From positions 221 through 64,220 of the forward strand of contig CALXAD010000006.1 in NCBI GenBank assembly GCA_944386195.1: DNA of 64,000 nt. Reading direction: 5' to 3'. The stretch is from an uncultured Clostridia bacterium (GTDB lineage: Bacteria > Bacillota > Clostridia > TANB77 > CAG-508). Shown in pieces: positions 47,943-58,492 of the stretch. The position numbers were made by a program, and so were the translations under genes. How positions within the stretch are numbered: position 1 is the first letter of the stretch; each line of letters opens with the position of its first letter. The notes beneath the pieces were generated by a model that was not told the origin of the DNA, searched no databases, and worked only from the letters and a program-made list of their open reading frames with translations.

Positions 47943-47998
47943 ATAATATATTTATAATAAAATTGATAAATAATTAGTTACTAATTTAGGAGGAAGAA

Positions 47999-50254
47999 AT
48001 GGATAACGTATTTAATTTTTCAATAGAACCAGGACTAAAAAAATATAATAACAGAGATTATAAGGAGAAAGAACCTATAATCTCTGTTATTATACCTTTT
48101 TTTAATAGTGAGAAATATATAGAGCAAACGGTTACATCTGTTTTAAATCAAACATTTCCATATTATGAGATTTTAATAATAGATGATGGTTCAAAAGATG
48201 AAAAATCATTAGAAAAGTTAGAAAAAATAGAAAAATTAGATAAAAGAATAAAAGTATTTCATAAAGAAAATGAGGGGTTAGCAGCAACTAGAGATTTTGG
48301 AGCTTCTAAATCATCTAGTTGTTGTAAATATTTAATGTTTTTAGATGATGATGATTTGATAGAACCAACATTTTTAGAATGTGGATATTGGACATTAGAA
48401 ACAAATAAAGAGGCTTCATGGGCATATTCAGATTCAGTAGGATTTGGAACTCAAGAATATGTGTGGAATAAATATTTTGATTCAGATAAGATGAAAAAGG
48501 TAAATGAACTTGTTTCTTGTAATTTAGTTAGAAAAAGTGATTTCGAATTAGTAAATGGATATGAATTAAGAGAAAAAGCTGTTAATGAAGATTGGAATTT
48601 TTGGCTTAAATTATTAGCAAAAGGAAAATATCCTGTACATATGAGCTTTTATGGTCAATGGTATAGAAGAAAAGTGACAGGAGAATTACAAAAATCAAGA
48701 GATAATAAAGAAAGAGCTTTAGAAATAATAAATGAAACAGCAAGTAAAATAACTAAAAGAGTAGAAGCAATTCAATATCCTAGATATAATTATAATTATG
48801 ATTTAATCCTAGAAAAGGTTGAAAGTATTGTAATACCAGAAAAAGAAAAAGAGGGAAAAATAAATCTTTTATTTATAATGCCTTGGATGATTACAGGTGG
48901 AGCAGATTTATTTAATTTGAATTTAGTAAAAGGATTAGATAAAAATAAATTTACAATAACTATAATTACAACAGAGCCAAATAAGAATGTTTTAAGACAA
49001 GAATTTGAAAAATATGCCACTGTATATGATTTAACATCATTTTTAGACCAAAAATATTGGATTGCATTTATTGATTATATAATAAAGAAAGAAAATATAA
49101 ATCTAATATTAAATTCAAATAGTAAATTTGGATATACAATACTTCCATATATAAAGAGCAAATATATAAATATTCCAATTTTAGATTATGTACATATGGA
49201 AGAATGGTATAATAGAAATGGTGGATATTCAAGATATTCTGCTATGTATGAATCAGTAATTGATAAAACTTTAGTATGTAATGAGAATAGTAGAAAAATT
49301 TTAATAAATCATTTTGGAAAAAATGCAAATGAAGTTGAAACAGTTTATATTGGAGTAGATGAAAATAAATTTAATCCTGAAAAATATAATAAAGAAGAGA
49401 TAAAGAAAAAATATTTAGGAGAAGCAAGTAATAAAAAAGTATTGTCATATATTTGTAGAATTTCAGAACAAAAAAGACCTATGTTACTTTTACAAATTAT
49501 AGCTAAGTTAAAGCAAAAAAGACAAGATTTTAAAGTATTAGTAGTAGGCGATGGGAATTTATTAGGAAAAATGAAGGAAAAAGCAAAAGAATTAAATATA
49601 TATGATGATATAGTGTTTACTGGAGCTTTAAGTAATACTTCTGAAATTTATGCAATAAGTGATTTAACAATTAATTGTTCTTTAAAGGAAGGACTAGCTT
49701 TAACATCATATGAATCATTAAGTATGGGAGTACCAGTAGTTTCAAGTGATGTTGGAGGACAAAAAGAATTAATTACAAGTGAAGTTGGTAAAACAATAGA
49801 AGTTATACAAAATGAAGAAGATATTTATTTAGAAAAATATGATGAAAAAGAAATAAATAATTTTGTTTTAGCTATTGATGAAATTTTGAATAATTTAGAA
49901 AAGTATAAAGCAAATTGCAGAAAAAGAATTATTGAGAATTTTACAATAAATAAAATGATAGAAAAGATGACTGCTATATTTGAAGAAATAAAGAAACATC
50001 CAAATGAGGTAAAAGTAGAAAATGGAAAAGGATTAAGTAAAAATAAGGAGCTAACTAAAGAAATTGTAACAATTAATTTAAAAAATGATGAGATTGAATA
50101 TAAGTGGGAATGTACTGAATATGAAAGAAAAGTATATGGAAGAGCTTATTCAATAGAAGGAATGAACTATAAAAAAGAATTATTAAAAGAGAAATTATGG
50201 AAGATTCCTTTGTGGAGAGATTTTATTAAAATAGTACATAAATTTAGAAAATAA
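47999..50254 (+). CDS. Bifunctional GT2 (N-terminal) / GT4 (C-terminal) glycosyltransferase
   Basis: ISVIIPFFNSEKYIEQTV, IDDGSKD and FLDDDD in the N-terminal half. EGLALTSYESLSMGVPVV in the C-terminal half. Confidence 0.8.
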   Translation: MDNVFNFSIEPGLKKYNNRDYKEKEPIISVIIPFFNSEKYIEQTVTSVLNQTFPYYEILIIDDGSKDEKSLEKLEKIEKLDKRIKVFHKENEGLAATRDFGASKSSSCCKYLMFLDDDDLIEPTFLECGYWTLETNKEASWAYSDSVGFGTQEYVWNKYFDSDKMKKVNELVSCNLVRKSDFELVNGYELREKAVNEDWNFWLKLLAKGKYPVHMSFYGQWYRRKVTGELQKSRDNKERALEIINETASKITKRVEAIQYPRYNYNYDLILEKVESIVIPEKEKEGKINLLFIMPWMITGGADLFNLNLVKGLDKNKFTITIITTEPNKNVLRQEFEKYATVYDLTSFLDQKYWIAFIDYIIKKENINLILNSNSKFGYTILPYIKSKYINIPILDYVHMEEWYNRNGGYSRYSAMYESVIDKTLVCNENSRKILINHFGKNANEVETVYIGVDENKFNPEKYNKEEIKKKYLGEASNKKVLSYICRISEQKRPMLLLQIIAKLKQKRQDFKVLVVGDGNLLGKMKEKAKELNIYDDIVFTGALSNTSEIYAISDLTINCSLKEGLALTSYESLSMGVPVVSSDVGGQKELITSEVGKTIEVIQNEEDIYLEKYDEKEINNFVLAIDEILNNLEKYKANCRKRIIENFTINKMIEKMTAIFEEIKKHPNEVKVENGKGLSKNKELTKEIVTINLKNDEIEYKWECTEYERKVYGRAYSIEGMNYKKELLKEKLWKIPLWRDFIKIVHKFRK

Positions 50255-50357
50255 ATGAAGTAAGAGCACAAATTTGTTTGATTGACATTAACGTTAATAG
50301 AAGATATAATACCCAAAGGATAAGAAGTATCTAATAAGAATATGTTAGGGTGATGGT

Positions 50358-51776
50358 ATGAAGAATATTTTATTGTGTAATAATGCAATGGGAATAGGAG
50401 GTGTAGAAACTGTAATATTAAATCAAGTTACAGCTTTTACAAAAAAAGGATATAATGTGTATGTGATAGCAGGAAAAGGCGTTTTCTCTGACAGAATTGA
50501 AGAGTTAGGAGGAAAGTTTATTCAATTTGAATTTCCAGAAGAAAATGTGATAAATGGAGAAAAAATAAATGAATTAGTAAAAATAATAAAAGAAAAAAAT
50601 ATAACTGAAATTCACATTCATAAATACCAATGTGTACCTTTAGTTGTGCCATCAGCATTAATAACGAGAGTACCTTATTTTGCTTATGAGCATGGAATTA
50701 GAGACACGAAAAAATATTATACATGGAATTATCCTATATATAAAATAATGTTTCCTATATATTTTAAAAATGCATATAAAATAATTGCAATTACACCAAA
50801 AGTAGTTGAATTTACACAAAAAGATTATGATATACCAAAAGAAAAATATGTTATAATTCATAATGGGATAGATTTTGATATTTATAAGAATGATTGCCCT
50901 AAGTATGAAGGAAAAATCGAAAAAATACTAATAGTATCAAGACTTAGTGATGAAAAATTAAAGACTATATTTGAAGGAATAGATATATTTCAGAAAATAT
51001 TAGATAAATATCCTAATGCAAAGTTAGAAATAATAGGTGATGGAACAGAAAAAAACAAGGTAGAACAATATTTAACGCAGATAGGGTTAGATTACGAAAC
51101 TGGTTCAAATGATAGTAAAAAAGTAAATTTACTAGGAAACCAAAGTGATGTTATAAGTTATTTAAAACAAGCAGATTTATTATTAGGAGTAGACAGATGT
51201 ATATTAGAAGCTATTTCAATGAAGGTACCAGCTGTTATTACTGGATATGATGGAATAAAAGGTTTAGTTACAAAAGATAATATAGATTTAGCAATAGAAG
51301 AAAACTTTTCTGGAGACAATATGCCAACTATTGATATTGATAATTGCATAAATCAAATATTTGAACTAGAAAGCAAAAGAAAAGAAATAATAGAAGAAAA
51401 TTATAAAATTGCGTTAGAAAAATTAGATTGTTATAAAAATTATATAAATATTCCAGATGATATAAAAGTTGAATTTGATTGGATTGGTTTGATGAAAATT
51501 CTAAAAAAATGTTCAGACTTGATAGAAGAACAATCTAAAGATATAAAAGCAAAATATGAATGGATTCAAAAAATAGAAAAAGAAAATAAAGACTTATGGG
51601 AAGAAAAAGAAAAATTAGAAGAAAAACAACAGAAACTTAAAGAGGATGCAAAAAAAATTGAAGATGAACTTCAAGAGAAAAATAATGCTTTGCAGAAAGA
51701 ATTAAATGAAGTATATAATAGTAAACGTTGGAAATATACCGAAAAATTAAGCAATATATTTCATAAGAAGAACTAA
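50358..51776 (+). CDS. GT4 glycosyltransferase with a C-terminal coiled-coil tail
   Basis: MGIGGVETV N-terminus. Glu/Lys-rich heptad-like tail KENKDLWEEKEKLEEKQQKLKEDAKKIEDELQEK. Confidence 0.7.
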   Translation: MKNILLCNNAMGIGGVETVILNQVTAFTKKGYNVYVIAGKGVFSDRIEELGGKFIQFEFPEENVINGEKINELVKIIKEKNITEIHIHKYQCVPLVVPSALITRVPYFAYEHGIRDTKKYYTWNYPIYKIMFPIYFKNAYKIIAITPKVVEFTQKDYDIPKEKYVIIHNGIDFDIYKNDCPKYEGKIEKILIVSRLSDEKLKTIFEGIDIFQKILDKYPNAKLEIIGDGTEKNKVEQYLTQIGLDYETGSNDSKKVNLLGNQSDVISYLKQADLLLGVDRCILEAISMKVPAVITGYDGIKGLVTKDNIDLAIEENFSGDNMPTIDIDNCINQIFELESKRKEIIEENYKIALEKLDCYKNYINIPDDIKVEFDWIGLMKILKKCSDLIEEQSKDIKAKYEWIQKIEKENKDLWEEKEKLEEKQQKLKEDAKKIEDELQEKNNALQKELNEVYNSKRWKYTEKLSNIFHKKN

Positions 51777-51797
51777 AACAAAACGGAGGTAAAAATA

Positions 51798-54700
51798 ATG
51801 ACTAATACTGAAAAGAATAAGAAGATTTCAATAATAATACCAGTATATAATTCTGAAGAATATCTTAATAAAGGTTTAGATTCATTAACTAAGCAGTCAT
51901 ATAAAAATTTGGAGATAATAATTGTAAATGATGGTTCACCTAAAAATTGTAAAGAAATTGCTAGTGAATATATGAAAAAAGATAATAGAATAAAATATGT
52001 TGAACATGAAAAAAATAAAGGTTTATTTCAAGCAAGGATAACAGGATTTGAAAATTCAACTGGAGACTATATTGCATATTTAGATGCAGATGATTATGTA
52101 TCAAATGATTTTTACAGAGAATTATTAGAAAAAGCAGAAGAAACAAATTCTGATATTGTAATTTCACAATTGGTTTTGGATTATGGAAAAGGTGATAGAA
52201 GAGTATATAATTTATTTGATTTTCCTTTCCAAGAATTAAACGGAGAACAATGTTATGAAGAATTTTATAATCAAGAAGGATTAAATTTTGCATGGCATAT
52301 AACTCCAAATAAAATATATTCAAGAAGAATATGGGAAAAAGCAGTTGTAGAATATAGAAAAATAAATAAACATTTAGTAATGATAGAGGATTTTTCATTT
52401 GCAAATGTATTATTTTACTATGCCAAAAAAATAACTAGGGTAGATAGAGTGGCATTTTTCTATACTAAACATGAAGGAGCATCTACTTCAGTAAATGATA
52501 TGACATTTAAAAAAGCTAGCAAAAATCTGGAAGATTTAAATACATCTTTTTCATTTGTAGAAAATTTCTTAAAAGAAAAAAATGTATATGAAAAATATAA
52601 AGAAAAATTTGAAAAATGGAGAGCTTTATATTGTCAAATGCATAAATCATATATGTTAAATTTGAATTTTTCAAAAGAAGAAAAAGAAGAATTAGAAAGA
52701 AAGTTTAATGAATTTTGTCCAAAACAATTTGAAGTGCAAAATTCAGGATTCTTTAGCTCAGCAGAAACTCCTTGGAATGATGGATTGGACAAGTTAAAAG
52801 AAAAAGTTATGGATGAGGATATAAAGGTTGTAAGTTTTGATATATTTGATACACTAATTACAAGACCATTTGTATATCCGAAAGATTTATTTACATTTTT
52901 AAATGAAGACTATAGAAAAATGTCTAATAATTTAGAAATTGATTTTTCAAAAATAAGAGAAGATTGTGAAGTATTGGCAAGAACAGAAGCTCATGAAAAC
53001 AAAAAAGAAGAAGTAACATTAGAAAGAATTTATGAAATAATAAAAGAAGAATATGATATATCAGATGAAATAATAAAAACATTAAAACAAAAAGAAATAG
53101 ATTTAGAATTAAGATTTTGTAAAAGAAGAGAAACGGCTTATTCAATATATAAATTAGCAAAATATTTAGGAAAAAGAGTAATATGCACATCTGATATGTA
53201 TTTACCAATAGATGTTATAAAACAAATTTTAAATGAAAACGGATTTTGCGATATAGATAAAATATATTTATCTTGTGAAATAATGAAAACAAAAGCAATA
53301 GGAAATTTATATGAATATGTTTTAAAAGAAGAAAATGTAGAACCAGAGAAAATGATACATATAGGTGATAATTATAAATCAGATTATGAAATACCAAAAA
53401 AACATAAAATAAATTCAATATATTTTCCAAAGACTACTACAATAATGTTTGATAGAAATTCTACAAATAATTTAGCTCAAATGTTAACTACTAGTATGCC
53501 ATTTTGGAGAGATAACCAAACAAGTATGAATTTTATTGGAATAAGAAGTATGTTAGCAGTAGTGGCCAATAAATATTTTGATAATCCATATAGAATATTT
53601 AATAAAGAATCTGATTATAATATAGATCCATATCTAATAGGATATTATGCAGTAGGAATGTATATGTTCGGAGTTGCAAATTGGTTACTTAGAGAGACTG
53701 AAAATAAAGGATACAAAAATCTAGTGTTTATGGCAAGAGATGGATACTTACCTATGGAAATTTATAATATACTAAAAAAATATTATACAAATGTACCAGA
53801 TGCTAAATATTTAAGAGTATCAAGAAAAGCTTTAATTTCAGCCATGATAATAAATAAGATGGATTTATATAAATTAACAGATGTAATAAATATAGAAAAT
53901 CATAATCCTAAATATATAATTAAATATACTAGAGATAGTCTTAAGGATTATACAGAAGATGAAATCAAAGATATTATAGAAAAAAATGGTATAAAGTATG
54001 AAGAAGATATTAAGACTAAGCAAAAATTTAATAAACTAGTAAAAGTTATAATAAATGAATTATTTGATGATGATAAAAATAAAACAAAGATACAAAAATT
54101 AAGAGGATTCTTTGGAAAATATTTTGAAGAAAAATCAGCAACTTTTGATATAGGATATAGTGGTAGGCCAGAATTGTATTTATCAATTTTATGTGGTAAA
54201 CCAATAAATACATATTTTTTAAATATAAATCAAGATGAAGCTCTTAAATATTCAAAAGTAGCAGGATATAATCTAACAACGTATTTTGATGCAAAACCGG
54301 CTGTTACAGGGTTTGCTTATGAATCTATAATTTCTGAATTGGCACCATCAACAATAGGATATGATTTAACAGGAAAAGAGGTAAAACCAATTCTAGAGAA
54401 AAATAACAAAACTTATCAAGAAAGATATATAATCGGTGTGATGCAAGAAGCAGCAGAAGAGTTTATAAAAGATATTCTAACAATATTTGGAGAAGAGTTT
54501 AAGAACTTATATTATCAAGATTATTATATTTCTTTGCCATTTATGTCATACATAAATTCTTCAAGACCAGTTGATATGTTAATGTTTAATTCAATTGGAT
54601 TTGAGGATACAGTAAGAAATAAGGAAATAAAACCAATTACAGAGGATTGGCTAAAAGAAAGACAATATAGAAATCAACGTGATATGAATGCTTTAATAAA

Positions 54701-54953
54701 TATAGGACATGTATCTATTGTTAATAATAGTTATTTAGACTATAATAATGTGGTAGATTTAGAAAATCATAGTAAAATGCTTAGATTTTTATACTATGCA
54801 TTATATGACAGACCAACATTTAAAAGAAGAATGAGAGAAATATTTAAAAATCACAAGATTGTTTTAAAAGTTGGAAAAGTAGGATATTCTTTTGTAAGAG
54901 GAACAAAAAATGTAATATATAAAGGAATTCGTAAGATAAAAGGAGGGAACTAA
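51798..54953 (+). CDS. Large multidomain protein: N-terminal GT2 plus HAD-like (DxFDTL) and uncharacterised C-terminal regions
   Basis: ISIIIPVYNSEEYLNKGLDSL, VNDGSPKN and YLDADD (GT2). VVSFDIFDTLITRPF (HAD motif I-like). 1051 aa. Confidence 0.7.
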   Translation: MTNTEKNKKISIIIPVYNSEEYLNKGLDSLTKQSYKNLEIIIVNDGSPKNCKEIASEYMKKDNRIKYVEHEKNKGLFQARITGFENSTGDYIAYLDADDYVSNDFYRELLEKAEETNSDIVISQLVLDYGKGDRRVYNLFDFPFQELNGEQCYEEFYNQEGLNFAWHITPNKIYSRRIWEKAVVEYRKINKHLVMIEDFSFANVLFYYAKKITRVDRVAFFYTKHEGASTSVNDMTFKKASKNLEDLNTSFSFVENFLKEKNVYEKYKEKFEKWRALYCQMHKSYMLNLNFSKEEKEELERKFNEFCPKQFEVQNSGFFSSAETPWNDGLDKLKEKVMDEDIKVVSFDIFDTLITRPFVYPKDLFTFLNEDYRKMSNNLEIDFSKIREDCEVLARTEAHENKKEEVTLERIYEIIKEEYDISDEIIKTLKQKEIDLELRFCKRRETAYSIYKLAKYLGKRVICTSDMYLPIDVIKQILNENGFCDIDKIYLSCEIMKTKAIGNLYEYVLKEENVEPEKMIHIGDNYKSDYEIPKKHKINSIYFPKTTTIMFDRNSTNNLAQMLTTSMPFWRDNQTSMNFIGIRSMLAVVANKYFDNPYRIFNKESDYNIDPYLIGYYAVGMYMFGVANWLLRETENKGYKNLVFMARDGYLPMEIYNILKKYYTNVPDAKYLRVSRKALISAMIINKMDLYKLTDVINIENHNPKYIIKYTRDSLKDYTEDEIKDIIEKNGIKYEEDIKTKQKFNKLVKVIINELFDDDKNKTKIQKLRGFFGKYFEEKSATFDIGYSGRPELYLSILCGKPINTYFLNINQDEALKYSKVAGYNLTTYFDAKPAVTGFAYESIISELAPSTIGYDLTGKEVKPILEKNNKTYQERYIIGVMQEAAEEFIKDILTIFGEEFKNLYYQDYYISLPFMSYINSSRPVDMLMFNSIGFEDTVRNKEIKPITEDWLKERQYRNQRDMNALINIGHVSIVNNSYLDYNNVVDLENHSKMLRFLYYALYDRPTFKRRMREIFKNHKIVLKVGKVGYSFVRGTKNVIYKGIRKIKGGN

Positions 54954-54955
54954 GA

Positions 54956-55696
54956 GTGAAAAAGGAAGAAGAATATGCAATAGAAGTACAAGATGTATAT
55001 AAAACATTTGATGTGTATTTAGATAAAGCAAATAGTCTAAAAGAAAAAATGCTCTTCTGGAAAAGAAATAGAAAAGAAGTAAGAGAAGTTCTAAAAGGAA
55101 TTAATCTAAACATAAAAAAAGGAGAGGCTGTTGCTCTTATAGGTGTAAATGGAAGTGGAAAATCTACTTTATTAAAACTTATGACTAAAATAATTTATCC
55201 AAATAAAGGAAAGATAATAACACATGGTAAATTAACATCATTACTTGAACTTGGAGCAGGTTTTCATGCAGATTTTTCTGGAAGAGAAAATATCTATTTT
55301 AATGCATCCATATTTGGATTAACTAAAAAAGAAATAGATAATAGGTTAGAACAAATTATAGAATTTTCTGAATTAAAAGATTATATTGATAATCCAGTTA
55401 GAACATATTCATCAGGAATGTTCATGAGATTGGCTTTTGCAGTTGCAATAAATGTAGATGCAGATATTTTATTAGTAGATGAAATTCTTTCTGTTGGAGA
55501 TCAACATTTCCAAGCAAAATGTATAGATAAAATGAAAGAATTGAGAAATGAAGGAAAAACAATGGTATTTGTAACACACAGTTTGGGGTCAGCAAAAGAA
55601 TTATGTGATAGAGCAGTTTGGCTTAGTAATGGAGTTATAAAGATGGATGGTGATACTAATACAGTTGTAGAAAGATACATAGAAGAGACAAAGTAA
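54956..55696 (+). CDS. Polysaccharide/teichoic-acid ABC exporter, ATP-binding subunit (TagH/Wzt-like)
   Basis: GTG start after AAAGGAGGG. Walker A GVNGSGKST, signature YSSGM, Walker B LLVDE. Confidence 0.88.
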   Translation: MKKEEEYAIEVQDVYKTFDVYLDKANSLKEKMLFWKRNRKEVREVLKGINLNIKKGEAVALIGVNGSGKSTLLKLMTKIIYPNKGKIITHGKLTSLLELGAGFHADFSGRENIYFNASIFGLTKKEIDNRLEQIIEFSELKDYIDNPVRTYSSGMFMRLAFAVAINVDADILLVDEILSVGDQHFQAKCIDKMKELRNEGKTMVFVTHSLGSAKELCDRAVWLSNGVIKMDGDTNTVVERYIEETK

Positions 55697-55711
55697 GTAG
55701 GAGGAATAGTA

Positions 55712-56488
55712 ATGGGATTTTTTAAAGGCTTATATGATTATAGAGAATTATTAAAAACAAGTATAAGTAAAGATATCAGAGGAAAATATAAAAATTCTAT
55801 TTTAGGAATTTTTTGGTCATTTTTGAATCCTCTTTTACAAATTGCAGTTTATGCATTAGTATTTCCACTTCTTATGCGTGGAAGTACAGTAGAAAATTAT
55901 ACAGTATTTATTTGTTGTGGTTTAATACCATGGACATTCTTCTCAACAGCAATATCAAGAACATCATTTACTATTATTGAGAATGGAAATATTGTAAAAA
56001 AGGTATATTTCCCAAGAGAAATACTACCAATATCGGTTGTAACAAGTGAAGCAATAAATTTTGTTATATCAACAATAATTATTATAGCATTTGTTTTAGG
56101 ATATGGAATAGGACTTAGTAAATACATAATATTTTATCCAATAGTGTTATTAGTGCAATACTTTTTATTAATAGGAATTTCATTTATAGTATCAAGTGTA
56201 ACAGTATATTTTAGAGATTTACAACATTTTATAGGGATTGCTTTGCAATTACTATTTTATGCAACACCAATAGTATATGCACCAGGACAAATACCAGAAA
56301 GCTTTCAATGGATAATTCAATATAATCCAATGACATATATAATAAATGCTTTTAGAGATATTTTCTATTATCAACAAATGCCTGATTTTGTTTCATTAGG
56401 AGTTGTTCTGGCAATAAGTATAGCATTATGTTTTATAGGATATTTTATATTCCATAAATTACAAAAGAAATTTGCAGAGGAAATGTAA
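55712..56488 (+). CDS. ABC-2 type exporter permease (TagG/Wzm-like)
   Basis: 258 aa, six predicted TM helices, adjacent to the ATPase. Confidence 0.85.
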   Translation: MGFFKGLYDYRELLKTSISKDIRGKYKNSILGIFWSFLNPLLQIAVYALVFPLLMRGSTVENYTVFICCGLIPWTFFSTAISRTSFTIIENGNIVKKVYFPREILPISVVTSEAINFVISTIIIIAFVLGYGIGLSKYIIFYPIVLLVQYFLLIGISFIVSSVTVYFRDLQHFIGIALQLLFYATPIVYAPGQIPESFQWIIQYNPMTYIINAFRDIFYYQQMPDFVSLGVVLAISIALCFIGYFIFHKLQKKFAEEM

Positions 56489-56503
56489 AAAAGGAGAACT
56501 TTT

Positions 56504-58468
56504 ATGAAAGAGAAAATTCAAAATATAATGCAAAAATTTTTAACAAGAGAAGTAATAATGTATATTATATTTGGAGTTTTAACGACCCTTGTGAATTTAG
56601 TCATATCCTTTGTTCTTGTAGGAGCATTTGAAATAGATGGCTCAATTTCCAGTGCAATTGGAATAGTTGCATCTATTTTATTTGCATATTTTACTAATAG
56701 AAAATGGGTTTTTAATACTCAAGCAAAAGGCTTTAAAGAAAATCTTAATGAATTTTGGAAATTTATTGCTGGAAGAGCAGTTACGATGGTAATAGAACAA
56801 GGAGGTGTAATGATATTTTATGGTGCTTTAGAAATGCCTTTTGCACCAGTTAAATTGTCATTAACCATTATTGTTATAATTTTAAATTATATATTTAGCA
56901 AATTTTTTGCATTTAAAAAGAGAATAAAAGAAGATAAAGAAGAAAGAAGTTTAACCAAAATGAAAAATGAGCATAATATAGGAAACTTTATAAAAAGAAA
57001 CAAAGTAAATATATGCATTTTAATAGGAATGCTGGCATTTACATTTATAATATGTTTTAATTTTTTGAAACCACATTTTTCCAATGATGCATATTATATA
57101 GCTTCTTATGGATACGATTATTATATAAATCATTTTTTAGCTTCAAATAGAATTTTTAGTGCATTAATATTAAAGATATTTTTGATATTAGATATTCCAT
57201 TTGAAAAAGAACTTTTTATAATGGGGATTGTATTAACATTTGTTATGGCAATATCTTGGTTTATTTTATATAAATTTGTGATTAAACTTATAAAAAGAGA
57301 ACATTCAATTATCCATAATATACTAATAGGTGCTGCATCGTTTTTAGTAGTGTTTAATATTTGTACAGCGGAAGGATTGCTATTTGTAGAAGTTGGAACA
57401 ATGCCATTTGGAATTTTATTTGCTATTTTAGGAGCTTGTATTTTATCAACTGATAGAAAATATAGATATATAATAAGTTTAATTTTAATTACTATATCAG
57501 GATTATTTTACCAAGTTACTAGTTCGATATTTGTATTGTTAGCATTAGTTCTAATTGCTATAAAGAATAAAGGAAATATAAAGCTAATTATAAAGGATAC
57601 TATAATTGTAGGATTAATATATGCTTTTGCAATGGTGGTAAATTTTGTAGGAGTTAAAATATGGGATAATGTTTTGGATAACCAATTTAGAGAATTTACA
57701 TTTCCTTCTATTTCAGTAATAATAGATACTGTATTAAATTTTGGAGAAATTATATTGATTTATAATGCTGGAATAGGACCAAAATATTGGTATCTTATAA
57801 CATTAGTGATAATTAGTATAATATTTATTGTTAATATAATGCTTAAGAAAAAAGATTACTTTGAAATATTAGAATATGTTACATTGGTAATATTAAGTAT
57901 TTTAATACCAATAATTCCAATACTTGCAACTCCGGTAGATTCACAATATATAGAGCCAAGGATGGCAATGTGTTTTGGGTCCGTTATTGGAATATTAGTG
58001 ATTTTCTTACTTTCAGTAATCAAAATTGATAAAAATAGAATTTTATTAACAATAGTTGGAATAATTACGTTATTAAATTTTATTGGAATTTCGATATTTT
58101 TAGTAGTAGCCTCAACTTCAACTTTAATAGCCAATCAAATGGATAAACTTATAGCAGAACAAATAATAAATGAAATTAAAGAGTATGAGGAAAGTACTGG
58201 AGAAGAAATAACATCAATAGGAGTTGCTTTTGATAAAAATTATACAATGTATTATAATGGACAACCAGCATTAAGATGTTTTAATGTAAGGAGTTTGGGA
58301 ACTAGTTGGGCTGTAAAAGAGGTTATAACAACATATACAGGAAAAGGCTATAAAAATGTTGAAGTTCCAAAAGAAATACAAGATGAGTTCTTGAGCAAAG
58401 ATTGGAATACATATGATAAAGAACAATTAGTATTTGATGGAGAAAATTTATATATTTGTATTTTTTAA
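56504..58468 (+). CDS. GtrA-like domain fused to a large polytopic membrane protein (possible GT-C-type glycosyltransferase)
   Basis: The N-terminal ~130 aa match the GtrA pattern (YIIFGVLTTLVNL...NRKWVF...FIAGR). They are followed by roughly 10 or more hydrophobic helices and a C-terminal soluble part. Confidence 0.6.
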   Translation: MKEKIQNIMQKFLTREVIMYIIFGVLTTLVNLVISFVLVGAFEIDGSISSAIGIVASILFAYFTNRKWVFNTQAKGFKENLNEFWKFIAGRAVTMVIEQGGVMIFYGALEMPFAPVKLSLTIIVIILNYIFSKFFAFKKRIKEDKEERSLTKMKNEHNIGNFIKRNKVNICILIGMLAFTFIICFNFLKPHFSNDAYYIASYGYDYYINHFLASNRIFSALILKIFLILDIPFEKELFIMGIVLTFVMAISWFILYKFVIKLIKREHSIIHNILIGAASFLVVFNICTAEGLLFVEVGTMPFGILFAILGACILSTDRKYRYIISLILITISGLFYQVTSSIFVLLALVLIAIKNKGNIKLIIKDTIIVGLIYAFAMVVNFVGVKIWDNVLDNQFREFTFPSISVIIDTVLNFGEIILIYNAGIGPKYWYLITLVIISIIFIVNIMLKKKDYFEILEYVTLVILSILIPIIPILATPVDSQYIEPRMAMCFGSVIGILVIFLLSVIKIDKNRILLTIVGIITLLNFIGISIFLVVASTSTLIANQMDKLIAEQIINEIKEYEESTGEEITSIGVAFDKNYTMYYNGQPALRCFNVRSLGTSWAVKEVITTYTGKGYKNVEVPKEIQDEFLSKDWNTYDKEQLVFDGENLYICIF

Positions 58469-58492
58469 TAAAGTAAAAGAAGGGAAGAAAAA